A DNA stretch of 64,000 nt. Origin: an uncultured Acidimicrobiaceae bacterium. GTDB lineage: Bacteria; Actinomycetota; Acidimicrobiia; Acidimicrobiales; Salinilacustritrichaceae. Shown here one piece after another: positions 29,198 to 39,460 of this stretch. The position numbers and the translations under genes are program-made. How positions within the stretch are numbered: position 1 is the stretch's first letter; every line of letters begins with the position of its first letter. The notes beneath the pieces were generated by a model. That model was not told the DNA's origin. It was given only the letters and a program-made list of their open reading frames with translations, and did not search any database. Location of the stretch: positions 8,134 through 72,133 of the forward strand of contig CAWEQL010000008.1 in the NCBI GenBank assembly GCA_963811245.1, written 5' to 3'.

Positions 29198-30462
29198 AGG
29201 GCACACCGACACCGTCGCCGCAGCGCTTCGCCGCCTTCGCCAACCGGAACTTCACCAGGTACTTCGTGGGCCAGACCATCTCGAGTGTCGGGTCGTGGAC
29301 CCAGTCGCTGGCCGTCATCTGGCTGGTGCTCGAGATCACCGACCGCAGCGACCGCCTGGGGATCGCCATGGCCCTGCAGTTCCTGCCCATGCTGTTGCTG
29401 GGTGCGCCGGCCGGCGTGCTCGCCGACAAGGTCGACAACCGGCGCCTCCTGCTCGCCACGTCGGCCGTCTCGGGTCTGCTGGCGCTATCCCTGGGGATCG
29501 TCGTCGCCACCGACGTGGTGAACATCTGGTGGATCTATGCGCTCACCGGGATGCTCGGGGTCGTCCTGGCCGTCGAGCGGCCGAGCATGCAGGCCATCCT
29601 CTACCAACTCGTGGGCCCCGACCTGTTGCCCAGCGCCGTCGCCACGAACAGCACGATCAACTCGGTGTCACGTCTCATCGGGCCGGCGCTCGCCGGTGCG
29701 CTGATCGCCACCGTGGGGGCGGAGATGTGCTTCGTCGTCAACGCCGCCAGCTACGTGGTCGTGATCCTCGCCATCGCCAGCATCCGGCAGGATGATCTCG
29801 TCTCCCGACGTCTGATCGGTCGGGCGAAGGGCACCCTGCGCGAGGGGTTCGCCTACGTGCGCAGCCACCCGGACGTCAGTCGCCCGCTGCTCGTCATGAC
29901 CGTCGTCGGCACCGTGGCGCTGAACTTCCCGACGACGTTCCCCTCGATGGTCCACTTCGGCTTCCATCTCGACGCCGGCGCCGTCGGGACCGCCATGAGC
30001 GTCAGCGCGATCGGGTCGATCCTCGGGGGCATCTACATCGCCGGTGTCCGACCCCACCCGCGACGGACGCTGGCGATCGCGCTGGCGGCGTTCGCCGGGA
30101 CCTGTCTCGGTCTGGCTGCGGCGCCGACCTTCTGGACGTTCGTCGCCATGAGCGTCCCACTCGGCTTCGCCTCGGCCTCGTTCCAGTCGGTCAACACGGT
30201 GGTCCTGCAGCAGGCCACCGAGCCCACCATGCAAGGGCGGGTCATGGCACTGCACCAGATGGCCCTCTTCGGGAGCACCCCGGTGGGAGCGGTCCTCATG
30301 GGTTGGATCATCCAACTCTCCTCGCCTCGGGTCCCGTTCGTCATGGGAGGCATGTCGGCGGTCGTGTGCGCCGTCGCCGTCGCCGTCGCGGCCGCCGGTG
30401 CTGGTGCCGTGCAGGCGAACGCCGTGGGGTCGGGAGCCGAACATCGGGTGAGGCCGGCGTGA
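29194..30462 (+). CDS. MFS transporter
   Basis: About 12 TM segments; GVLADKVDNRRLL motif A; MQGRVMA. Confidence 0.92.
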   Translation: MKGTPTPSPQRFAAFANRNFTRYFVGQTISSVGSWTQSLAVIWLVLEITDRSDRLGIAMALQFLPMLLLGAPAGVLADKVDNRRLLLATSAVSGLLALSLGIVVATDVVNIWWIYALTGMLGVVLAVERPSMQAILYQLVGPDLLPSAVATNSTINSVSRLIGPALAGALIATVGAEMCFVVNAASYVVVILAIASIRQDDLVSRRLIGRAKGTLREGFAYVRSHPDVSRPLLVMTVVGTVALNFPTTFPSMVHFGFHLDAGAVGTAMSVSAIGSILGGIYIAGVRPHPRRTLAIALAAFAGTCLGLAAAPTFWTFVAMSVPLGFASASFQSVNTVVLQQATEPTMQGRVMALHQMALFGSTPVGAVLMGWIIQLSSPRVPFVMGGMSAVVCAVAVAVAAAGAGAVQANAVGSGAEHRVRPA

Positions 30463-30502
30463 ACGCGGCAGGATCCCGGCGGTCGCCGTCGAACCAGGGA
30501 CC

Positions 30503-32038
30503 ATGGATCGACGAAGCTTCCTCCGGGCTGCCGCGACGGGTATCGGCGCTGCCGCGCTGGGCGCCCCGGCGGCCGATGCCCTGGTCAACATCACCACGCC
30601 GGCGAGTCGATTGCTCCCGCACGCCACCAAGACCGACGTCAAGACGATCGTCGTCGTGATGATGGAGAACCGGTCCGTCGACCACCTGCTCGGGTGGTAC
30701 GGCGCCGAGGTGAAGGCCCGCCCGGGACACGACTCCTTCGACGCCACCCAGCAGGCGTCCTACATCGATCGCCGCGACGGCTCTCCCACCGCCGGGAAGC
30801 GGATCTCCACCTCGGCCTGGGGTGCCACCGGCCGCAACGACTTCCACGGTCGGGGCTTCAAGGACCCGAGCCACAGCATCTCCGGTGGCCGGGCACAGGC
30901 CGGTGTCACGCCGACGGCACCCGGCGCGCGGCCTCGCTACGCCATGGACGGGTGGCTGACCCCGGACAGCGGCACCGACGAGTACGCCCTGTCCTTCTAC
31001 GGGCCCGACGATGTCCCGGTATGGGCCGACCTCGTGCGCACGTTCGGCACCTACGACCGCTACTTCTGCTCGTTCCTGGGCAACACCCAACCGAACCGGT
31101 GGTACCTGGTGTCCGCCCAGACCGGTGGCGAGGTCGTGAACACCGTGCCCCCCACCCGGGCGCAGGAGTACCCGGAGTGGACGGCGGGCTACGACTGGCC
31201 CACGATCTACACCCTGCTCGACGCGGCGGGAGTGAGCTGGGCGAGCTACTACTCGAACGTGCCCAACACCATCTTCTGGGGCGCCCGCCACCTCCACAAC
31301 ACTCGCCACATCAGCGAGTACTACGCCGCAGCGGCCACCGGGACGCTCCCACAGGTCGTCTTCGTCGAGCCGTGGTACTCGGCGCCGGACCAGCTCGCCA
31401 ACGACGACCACCCACACGCCGACATCCGGCTCGGGCAGGAGTTCCTGTGCGACGTGAGTCAGGCGTGGGTGGAGTCGCCGCAATTCGGGGACGGCGCCAT
31501 GTTCCTGACCTACGACGAGTGGGGCGGCTTCTGGGATCACGTCCCGCCGCCGGTCCTGCCCGACAGCCAGGACGACCCGACCTGGGGGCGGTACCGCCCC
31601 CCGGCACTGAGCGAAGGTGACAACTTCGTCAACGGCTTCGGACAGCTCGGCATGCGGGTTCCCACCGTCGCGGTGAGCCCCTGGCACACCGGCGGTGTCA
31701 TCGACCACGGGACCTACGACCACGTATCGATCCTCAAGTTCATCGGCGAGAACTTCGGGCTTCCGGTACGGACCCTGAACCCGCGCCGCGTGGACGCGAC
31801 CCGCAGCATCGAGGCCTCGTTCGACTTCCGGCGGCCGAAGAACCTCGACGTGGCCGTCGCCGACTACCGGGCGCCCGCTGCCGCTCGCGCCCTACCCTCC
31901 GCGCCGGTGCCGATCGACGACAACCCGCTCTTCACGTTGCGCGACATGGGGTGGACGGATCAGCTCGGGATCCGCACCGACTACCCGCTGGCCGCTTCGT
32001 TCCGCACCACCCGCCCCGTGACGACCCCCGCCCGCTGA
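30503..32038 (+). CDS. Tat-secreted phosphoesterase (phospholipase C/acid phosphatase family)
   Basis: DRRSFL Tat signal; MMENRSVDH, TQPNR, DDHP, YDEWGGFWDHVPPP. Confidence 0.9.
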   Translation: MDRRSFLRAAATGIGAAALGAPAADALVNITTPASRLLPHATKTDVKTIVVVMMENRSVDHLLGWYGAEVKARPGHDSFDATQQASYIDRRDGSPTAGKRISTSAWGATGRNDFHGRGFKDPSHSISGGRAQAGVTPTAPGARPRYAMDGWLTPDSGTDEYALSFYGPDDVPVWADLVRTFGTYDRYFCSFLGNTQPNRWYLVSAQTGGEVVNTVPPTRAQEYPEWTAGYDWPTIYTLLDAAGVSWASYYSNVPNTIFWGARHLHNTRHISEYYAAAATGTLPQVVFVEPWYSAPDQLANDDHPHADIRLGQEFLCDVSQAWVESPQFGDGAMFLTYDEWGGFWDHVPPPVLPDSQDDPTWGRYRPPALSEGDNFVNGFGQLGMRVPTVAVSPWHTGGVIDHGTYDHVSILKFIGENFGLPVRTLNPRRVDATRSIEASFDFRRPKNLDVAVADYRAPAAARALPSAPVPIDDNPLFTLRDMGWTDQLGIRTDYPLAASFRTTRPVTTPAR

Positions 32039-32123
32039 CTGGAGCATCGGGGCCCCACCACAACATGCGGCTCGACCCGGCTGCGTCGGTGCACCGGGCC
32101 GGTGCTCGTGCCATCATCCCTGT

Positions 32124-33752
32124 GTGAGCGCGGGAACTCGCGAGACGTCTCGGCAGGTACTGACCGAGCGCGAACGCCTCCGGCTCGCGCTCGAAGCCGG
32201 GAATCTCGGCGTGTGGACCTGGGACGTGACCACCGGCCGGGTCGACTGGTCCGAGCGCCTCCACGAGATCTACGGCCTCGAGCCGGGCACGTTCGACGGG
32301 ACCTACGAGAGCTACCTCGAGCGGATCCATCCCGAGGATCGTGAGTCCAGCAGCAGCGCCGCCCTGCAGAATGCGGCGAACCACATGACCCACCACACGC
32401 TGCACCGCACGGTGACCCCCGCTGGCGAGCTCCGGTGGATCGAGGGATGGGGGACACCGATCGTCGAGGACGGCAAGGTGGTCGCCATGACCGGCATCGG
32501 CCGGGACGTGACCGCACGTGAGCTGGAGAAGCAGCGTGCCGCCGAACGAGCCGAGACCGCCGACGGCCTCCTCCGCTTGAGCCGGGTGGCGATCGGGTCA
32601 GGTGGGCTCGACTCCCTCGCCGAGCGGGTGGCCCGCACCGCCGCCGACCTGGTCGGCGCCGAGAGCGCAGCCGTGGTCATCAACTGTCGGGACGACGACC
32701 TCCCGCCCCGGCACCAGGGCAGCGAGGGTCCAGACGGCGTGTTCCTCTCCACCGCCAACGCCGAACGTCTGCCTCCCGGCCCCGCGACACTTGTCATCTC
32801 CGACCCGACGAGGAGCACGTCCGACCAGGCGGCTTTCGAGGAGATCTTCGGTGTGGCCGTGCCCTCGTCGCTGCGATCGGTGATGCTGGTGCAACTCCCC
32901 ACGCGTGCTTCGGACCTCGGCGGGCTGTTGGCGTTCGGCCACGCTCGCCCCGACCAGTTCGGTGTCGCTGAAGAGCGGCTCGCTCGGGCCATGGCGGGCG
33001 TCGTGAAGCTCGCCGCGCGCAGCGAGCTCCGCTTCGAACAGCAACGCATCGCCGCCCAACTCTTCCAGCGCAGCCTCCTGCCGCCGGAGCAGTTCGAACT
33101 CCCCGGGGTCGAGGTCTGCGTGCGATACCACCCGGGACGAGACGGGTTCGACGTCGGGGGCGACTGGTACGACGTGATCGAGCTCCCCGGCGGACGGCTG
33201 GGGCTCGCCGTGGGTGACGTGTGCGGGCACGGCCTCGAGGCCGCCGCCAACATGGGCCGCTTCCGGCACGCCCTGCGCGCCATGTTGCAGTCCGGGACGT
33301 CGCCCGCCGACGCGCTGGAGACCATGAACCAGATCGCGCTCCGCGAGGCTGCCACCACCGTGACGCTCTCGTACGTGGAGATCGACGAGTCCAGGTCTTT
33401 CCTCCAGTGTTGGAGTTGCGGTCACCTGCCTCCGGTCATCGCATCCCCGGACGGTCGCGGCCTGCGCTGGGTCGAAACGCCGGGAAGCGCCCCGATGCTG
33501 GGATTCCTTCCCGGTGTCGAGCCCGTTCCATCAACCGACCACCTCGAGCCCGGCGAGCTGCTCCTGCTCTACACCGACGGCCTGATCGAACGGAGGGGCG
33601 AGACCATGACCGAGGGTCTGTCCCGCCTGGCAGGAGCGTTCGTCGGCCGCTCGGACGACATCGACGACCTGTGCGACGAGCTCTACCACGTGCTCGTCGC
33701 GCCCGGTCCCGACACCGACGACACCGCCATGGTGGCGCTGCGCCGGCGCTGA
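32124..33752 (+). CDS. PAS-GAF-SpoIIE (PP2C-type) phosphatase
   Basis: ERIHPEDR PAS; VGGDWYD, GDVCGHG, YTDGL, DDTA. Confidence 0.92.
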   Translation: MSAGTRETSRQVLTERERLRLALEAGNLGVWTWDVTTGRVDWSERLHEIYGLEPGTFDGTYESYLERIHPEDRESSSSAALQNAANHMTHHTLHRTVTPAGELRWIEGWGTPIVEDGKVVAMTGIGRDVTARELEKQRAAERAETADGLLRLSRVAIGSGGLDSLAERVARTAADLVGAESAAVVINCRDDDLPPRHQGSEGPDGVFLSTANAERLPPGPATLVISDPTRSTSDQAAFEEIFGVAVPSSLRSVMLVQLPTRASDLGGLLAFGHARPDQFGVAEERLARAMAGVVKLAARSELRFEQQRIAAQLFQRSLLPPEQFELPGVEVCVRYHPGRDGFDVGGDWYDVIELPGGRLGLAVGDVCGHGLEAAANMGRFRHALRAMLQSGTSPADALETMNQIALREAATTVTLSYVEIDESRSFLQCWSCGHLPPVIASPDGRGLRWVETPGSAPMLGFLPGVEPVPSTDHLEPGELLLLYTDGLIERRGETMTEGLSRLAGAFVGRSDDIDDLCDELYHVLVAPGPDTDDTAMVALRRR

Positions 33753-33781
33753 TCGCCCGGCCGGAGCGCGGCTCGCGGCCG

Positions 33782-34657
33782 TCAGAGCTGTTCGGCGGCG
33801 AAGGTGTCGCACTCGGTGGGATCTCCGGCGCGCCACCCGGTGGTGAACCAGCGCTGCCGCTGCTCGGCCGAGCCGTGGGTCCAGCTCTCGGGGTCCACCC
33901 GGCCCTGCGACGACTCCTGGATGCGGTCGTCCCCGACGGCGGCCGCCGCCGAGAGGGCGTCGGCGATGTCCTGCTCGGTCAGCTCGAGGATCAGGACCTC
34001 GCCCGTGCGAGGGTCGGGGGTGGTGGTGGCGTGGTGCGCCCAGACGCCGGCGAAGCAGTCGGCCTGGAGCTCCAGGCGCACCGAGCCGCTTCCTGCGCCC
34101 GTCGACCGGTCGCCGGGCTCGATGCCCAACAGGTTCTGCACGTGGTGGCCGTACTCGTGGGCCAGCACGTACGCCTCGGCGAAGTCACCGCCCGACGCAC
34201 CGAAGCGGGATTCGAGCGTGTCGAAGAACCCGAGGTCGATGTACACCTGCGTGTCGGCCGGACAGTAGAAGGGTCCGACCGCCGACGAGGCCGAACCGCA
34301 GCCGGTGGACACCGAGCCGGAGAAGAAGTTCGTGATCGCCGGTTGGTACGAGTCGATGCTCGACGACCAGTAGTCCTGGATGCTGTTCACGACCGCGACG
34401 ATGCGGCACTCCTGGCTGGACTGCGCGTCGGCCCCGGTGCGACAGCCCTCGACGGCCTGCGTCTGCGGTGCCCCGACCTGCGTGCCGTCGAGCTGGGAGA
34501 GGGCGTCGGCGAGTCCTCCGCCACCACCACCGAGGAGCTGCAGCGCAAGGACCACGAGGACGCCGATCACGCCGGCTCCACCGCCGACTGCGGCCACGCC
34601 ACCTCGTCGGGTGCGCACCTCCGATGTGTCGAGTGTGGCGCGGCGGTTGAAACGCAT
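33782..34657 (-). CDS. Neutral zinc metallopeptidase (YpfJ-like)
   Basis: GPFYCPAD, HEYGHH, ELQADC, THGSAEQR. Confidence 0.92.
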   Translation of the reverse strand: MRFNRRATLDTSEVRTRRGGVAAVGGGAGVIGVLVVLALQLLGGGGGGLADALSQLDGTQVGAPQTQAVEGCRTGADAQSSQECRIVAVVNSIQDYWSSSIDSYQPAITNFFSGSVSTGCGSASSAVGPFYCPADTQVYIDLGFFDTLESRFGASGGDFAEAYVLAHEYGHHVQNLLGIEPGDRSTGAGSGSVRLELQADCFAGVWAHHATTTPDPRTGEVLILELTEQDIADALSAAAAVGDDRIQESSQGRVDPESWTHGSAEQRQRWFTTGWRAGDPTECDTFAAEQL

Positions 34658-34737
34658 CCCTAGGGATACCCCGAAACGAGGTTTGGAGAACAGACCTGGC
34701 TCGTCGTCCAGGGCAAAGGGCACATATCGTCTCGACG

Positions 34738-36043
34738 ATGCGGATCCGACGTCAGCTCGCCGTTGTCGCCGTCGGGCTCCTGGTCCTGGTGGTCCACGCC
34801 GCCGGTGCGGCGCCGTCGGCGGACGCCGGGCCGAACGAGGTCTCCGGCGCCTCGGTCGGTCACGTGTTCGTGATCGTGCTCGAGAACAAGGACTACGACG
34901 TCACCTTCGGTCCCGACAGCCCCGCGCCGTACCTGTCCCAGACCCTGGTGTCCCAGGGTCAGCTCCTGTCCCAGTACCACGGCATCGGACACGTCAGCCT
35001 CGACAACTACATCGCCATGATCAGCGGGCAGGCACCGAACCCGCTCACGCAGTCAGACTGCCAGACCTTCACCGACTTCCTGCCGCCCGTTCCGGTCATC
35101 GATGGCGACGGCCAGGCCATCGGGCAGGGCTGCGTGTACCCCACCACCGTCCCGAACCTCGCCGATCAGCTCAGCGCGGCCGGGTACCGCTGGCGCGCCT
35201 ACGCCGAGGACATGGGGTCGCCGTGCCGGCATCCGGCGCTCGGCGCCGTCGACGACACGCAGTCCGCAGAGGTGGGCGACCAGTACGCCACCCGGCACAA
35301 CCCGTTCATGTACTTCCACTCCGTCATCGACGACAGCGCCGCGTGTGCGTCCCACGTGGTCGATCTCGCTGCGCTCCCCGCCGATCTCGCCGCGTCGACG
35401 CCGGAGTTCACCTTCATCGTCCCGAACCTGTGTCATGACGGTCACGATGAACCGTGCGTCGACGGCGAGCCAGGGGGCTTGGCCTCCGCCGACGCCTTCC
35501 TGCAGCAGTGGGTTCCCCCGATCCTCGCTGTCCGACGCCTTCCGGGAGGACGGCCTGTTGATGGTCACGTTCGACGAGGCCGAGACGGGTAGTCCGGAGG
35601 CCGCGACTGCGTGCTGCGGGGAGGTGCCCGGTCCCAACAGTCCGCTCCCCGGCATCAATGGGCCCGGAGGGGGCCGCGTGGGTGCGGTGCTGGTGTCCCC
35701 GTTCGTCGCGCCCGGCACGGTCAACGACACTCCGTACAACCACTACGCGTTGCTCAGGACCGTCGAGGACGTCTTCGGACTCGATCACCTCGGCTTCGCC
35801 GGTGCCGACGGACTCGCTTCCTTCGGACCGGATGTGTTCGCTGCTCCCACGGCTCCTGCGTCGAGCACGACCACCACGTCCCGTGCGACCACCGCCTCGG
35901 ATCCGGCCGCGTCCTCGGTGGTCCCACGCGGCGGCGGAGGTCGACTCCCGGTCACCGGCGCTGGTGTGCCCGTCCCCGTCTTGCTGGCGCTCGCCGTCGT
36001 GGCGGTCGGTGCGGTGACGATCCGGTGGCGATTGGGGCGATGA
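34738..36043 (+). CDS. Secreted phosphoesterase with LPXTG sorting signal, frameshift near 35530
   Basis: IVLENK, SLDNYIAM, RHNPF, CHDGHD, TFDE, YNHYALLRT; C-terminal LPVTG, hydrophobic stretch and RWRLGR. Confidence 0.85.
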
Positions 36044-36071
36044 CCGGCCGTCCGGTCGTCGCCGCCGGTCG

Positions 36072-36860
36072 TCAGCGGATGCGGGGCTGGATGCGGGCCC
36101 CGGACTCGAACGCCTTCTGACCTTCGGCGAGCGAGGCGCTGGAGTTGCCGACGTGCAGGAGGGCGGGAGCGGTCTGGTAGGCGGCGTGGGCGCCGAGCTG
36201 GCGGGACCGCCACAAGGCCTCCACCGTGGTCCGCAGCGGCCGGGCGGGCTGCGAGGCGATCGCCTCCGCCGTCCGACGCACCGCGTCGTGGAGGGCGGTG
36301 CTGGGCACCACCTCGGAGACCAGCCCGATCTGGTGGGCGCGGGTCGCCGACATCCGTTCGTGGCTCCCCGAGAGCGCCAGCCGGGCGATCTCCCCGTACG
36401 GCATCCGGGGGAGCATGAGGAGGGGCTCGTAGACCGCCGCCATGCCGAAGGTGACGTGGGGATCGAAGAACGTCGCATGGTCGGCGGCGACGATGAAGTC
36501 CGACTCGGCGAGGAAGTAGAACGCGCCGCCGCACGCCATGCCGTTGACGGCGGCGATGACGGGCGTGAAGAGCCCGTTCGACTTCGGGCCCAGCTTCTGG
36601 CCGGGATCGTTCCAGGTGTACGGATCGAAGTCCTCGTCGGCCGGGATGTCGGAGCGGTCGATGCCCGTGCAGAACGCCTTGTCGCCGGTGGCGGTGAGGA
36701 CGATGCACCGGACGTCGTCGTCACCCCGGAGGGACCGCCACAGCGACGACAGCTCGTCTTCCATCCGGTGGTCGAAGGCGTGGTGGACGTCGGGTCGGTC
36801 GAGGTGGACCCAGCCGACGCGCTCGACGACCTCGAAGGTGATCGTCTCGAACTCGGTCAT
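36072..36860 (-). CDS. Enoyl-CoA hydratase/isomerase family protein
   Basis: AFCTGID, AAVNGMACGG, FFDPHV. Confidence 0.9.
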   Translation of the reverse strand: MTEFETITFEVVERVGWVHLDRPDVHHAFDHRMEDELSSLWRSLRGDDDVRCIVLTATGDKAFCTGIDRSDIPADEDFDPYTWNDPGQKLGPKSNGLFTPVIAAVNGMACGGAFYFLAESDFIVAADHATFFDPHVTFGMAAVYEPLLMLPRMPYGEIARLALSGSHERMSATRAHQIGLVSEVVPSTALHDAVRRTAEAIASQPARPLRTTVEALWRSRQLGAHAAYQTAPALLHVGNSSASLAEGQKAFESGARIQPRIR

Positions 36861-36915
36861 GTCGCTCCTGTTCCCGCGGCCCGGAGGGCACGCACCCCAC
36901 TGACGCCGCTGTTCC

Positions 36916-37497
36916 TCAGGACGTCATGCCGCCCAGGCCCACCAGCCCGCGCGCCAGCTCGATCTCGCCCATGTGACGCAGGCCGTGCTGGTAGTGCCAG
37001 CACTCGAAACCGTCGAGGACGGTGATGCCCTGCGGGCCGGCGCACCGAGCGCTGTAGGTGCTGGCGACCTGCTCGGGGTACGGCGGGGCGACGAGCACTC
37101 GCGTGAAGTCGGCGGGGTCCATTGTGGCGAGGTGGGCCTCGGTCCGGTCGAACACGGCGCTCTGGTAAGCCTTGAAGGCCTCGTAGTCGCCGATGCGCTG
37201 CGCCTCCATCGTCTCGACCGTCTCCTCCTTGCCGTGGTCGTCGATGGCCATCCGCACCCGCGCCTGCCAGTCATCGTTCCAGAGAGGCGTCTCCCCGCTC
37301 AACCACATGAACGTCGCGTCCTGCATGTTCGTGTAGTGGAACAGCGAGAACGCGATGGGCAGGACGCCGGGCCGCTCGAAGTGGTTGACGTGCTCGAGCT
37401 CCATCGAGTCGACGGCCTGGTAGTAGAGCGAGTGCATCGTCTTCATCCGACGCACGAGCGAATCCTGCAACAGGTCGAGCATCTGGACCTCGGTCAT
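36916..37497 (-). CDS. DinB family protein
   Basis: PIAFSLFH..QD..QHGLRHMGEI. Confidence 0.8.
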   Translation of the reverse strand: MTEVQMLDLLQDSLVRRMKTMHSLYYQAVDSMELEHVNHFERPGVLPIAFSLFHYTNMQDATFMWLSGETPLWNDDWQARVRMAIDDHGKEETVETMEAQRIGDYEAFKAYQSAVFDRTEAHLATMDPADFTRVLVAPPYPEQVASTYSARCAGPQGITVLDGFECWHYQHGLRHMGEIELARGLVGLGGMTS

Positions 37498-37659
37498 GGC
37501 GCACCTTTCGAGTCGGTCACCGAACCGTACCGACATCATCGACCCCGCGGTGGTTGCGGCTGCGGCGCACGGATCGAACGCTCCACGAGGCCGATCGGAT
37601 CGCCGAGATTGCTCGCTCCGCCGGGGTTCAGCGGTCGGCGATTGTTACGATCACGGGCC

Positions 37660-38613
37660 TTGGACTGGTACCTCGACGCACGTGACATGACCGCAGCGGT
37701 GTCGCTACGGGCCGAGATCGGGGCGTACCTCCGCCGCCACGGGGAGCCCATGTCCGACTTCGCCAGCGCCGAGATCGCGGTCTCCGAGTTGCTGTCGAAC
37801 CTGCCGCGCCATGCGCCCGGGCCGGCGTGGGTGAGCCTGACCTGGGCCGACGAGCGTCCCGTCCTCGAGGTCCGTGACCTCGGCCCCGGTTTCGCGCTCG
37901 ATGTGTCGCAGGCGCCGCCGGTCGACCAAACCGGCGGTCGCGGCCTGTACATCGCCAGCATGCTGGTGGCGTCGCTCGACGCCGCCGCGCGTTCCGCCGG
38001 CGGGACGGCCGTGCGGGCCGTGCTCGACGTGCGCCGACCGCCGTCCCCGAGCTACGACCCCGCTCCCTCCAGCGGCACTCGCCTGCCCGGGCTCGACGAG
38101 GCCGACGACGGCGGCGGGTTCGGCAAGGAGCCCTTCTTGCGCGCGTTGGTCGTGCAGCTCGCCCAGGCGGTCGAGAGCACCGGGGGTCCCGCGCTGGCCG
38201 AAGCCTGTGTGGCGCAGGTCGGTATCGACGTCGGCGCGCAGATGGAGGACGAATACCGCCGGGCCGCCGAGGTGGTGGGTCGCCTGGATCCCAGCCGGCT
38301 GGCCGAGTGCTTCGTCCGGCTCAAGCACGCCATCGACGGCGAGTTCTACGTGATCGAGGCGAGCGAGCACCGCATCGTCCTGGGTGCAAGGACGTGCCCG
38401 TTCGGTGACGTCGTCCAGAAGGCGCCTGCCCTGTGCCGGATGACGTCGGCGGTCTTCGGAGGGATCGCCGCCAACAGCCACGGCGAGTCGACGGTCACGC
38501 TCGAGGAACGGATCGCTGTCGGCGACCCCGAGTGCCGGGTCGTGGTCGATCTCGGCCCGGTGGTCGAGGCCGGCGAGGCCACCCACCACTACGAAGCGCA
38601 TCGGCCCGTCTGA
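37660..38613 (+). CDS. Anti-sigma-type HATPase fused to a methanogen output domain 1 (V4R-like) domain
   Basis: SELLSNLPRHA, VRDLGPG, GGRGLYI; C-terminal TCPFG..LCRMTSAVFG..IAVGDPEC. Confidence 0.75.
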   Translation: MDWYLDARDMTAAVSLRAEIGAYLRRHGEPMSDFASAEIAVSELLSNLPRHAPGPAWVSLTWADERPVLEVRDLGPGFALDVSQAPPVDQTGGRGLYIASMLVASLDAAARSAGGTAVRAVLDVRRPPSPSYDPAPSSGTRLPGLDEADDGGGFGKEPFLRALVVQLAQAVESTGGPALAEACVAQVGIDVGAQMEDEYRRAAEVVGRLDPSRLAECFVRLKHAIDGEFYVIEASEHRIVLGARTCPFGDVVQKAPALCRMTSAVFGGIAANSHGESTVTLEERIAVGDPECRVVVDLGPVVEAGEATHHYEAHRPV

Positions 38614-38623
38614 TCTCCCTCCG

Positions 38624-39436
38624 ATGATCGAGGTCCCGGGCGGCACCTACATGATGGGCGAGCGGTCCGCCCTCGCGGTCGCCGGAGACGGCGACGAGCC
38701 GGTACCGACGACGGTGGCGCCGTTCCTGCTCGATGCGTGTGCCGTCACCAACGAAGCCTTCGGACGGTTCGTCGACGCCTCCGGCCACGTCACCGACGCC
38801 GAGACGCTCGGCTGGTCGTTCGTGTTCGCCGGTCTGCTGCCCGACGACTTCGCCCCGACCCGGGGCGTGGTGGGCGCGGAGTGGTGGCGGCAGGTGCACG
38901 GCGCCGATTGGCGGCATCCGGAGGGGCCGGGGAGCGAGGTGGCGGACCGATGGGACCATCCCGTGGTGCACGTGTCCTGGCGGGATGCCCGGGCCTTCGC
39001 CCGATGGCGGGGCGGCCGCCTGCCGTCCGAGGCCGAGTGGGAGCGCGCCGCTCGGGCCGGCACCGAGACGATCTGGCCGTGGGGAGACGAGCTCGAGCCG
39101 GGTGGCACGCATCGGATGAACGTGTGGCAGGGGACGTTCCCGACGGCCGACTCCGGCGAGGACGGCTTCGTCGGCACCTGCCCCGTCGACGCCTTCGAGT
39201 CCAATCCGTGGGGGTTCCACAACATGGTGGGCAACGTCTGGGAGTGGACGGCCGACGACGTCGCGGTTCGCTCCGGGTCACCGGTCGCCAGCGGTTCCGT
39301 GGTCAGGAAAGGTGGGTCCTACCTGTGCCACGGGTCGTACTGCGCCCGGTACCGGCCATCCGGACGCAGTTCTGCCAGCCCCGACTCGTCGGCCGGGAAC
39401 GTGGGGTTCCGGTGCGCCGCAGACCTGCGCCGGTGA
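38624..39436 (+). CDS. Formylglycine-generating enzyme family protein
   Basis: HPVVHVSW, RLPSEAEWE, GNVWEW, KGGSYLCHGSYCARYR, GFRC. Confidence 0.92.
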   Translation: MIEVPGGTYMMGERSALAVAGDGDEPVPTTVAPFLLDACAVTNEAFGRFVDASGHVTDAETLGWSFVFAGLLPDDFAPTRGVVGAEWWRQVHGADWRHPEGPGSEVADRWDHPVVHVSWRDARAFARWRGGRLPSEAEWERAARAGTETIWPWGDELEPGGTHRMNVWQGTFPTADSGEDGFVGTCPVDAFESNPWGFHNMVGNVWEWTADDVAVRSGSPVASGSVVRKGGSYLCHGSYCARYRPSGRSSASPDSSAGNVGFRCAADLRR

Positions 39437-39460
39437 GGCCGGTCTGCGGCGCACGGGGCG

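Noticed and set aside
26960-29212. 750-aa minus-strand ORF
   Set aside because: Antisense shadow of mmpL.
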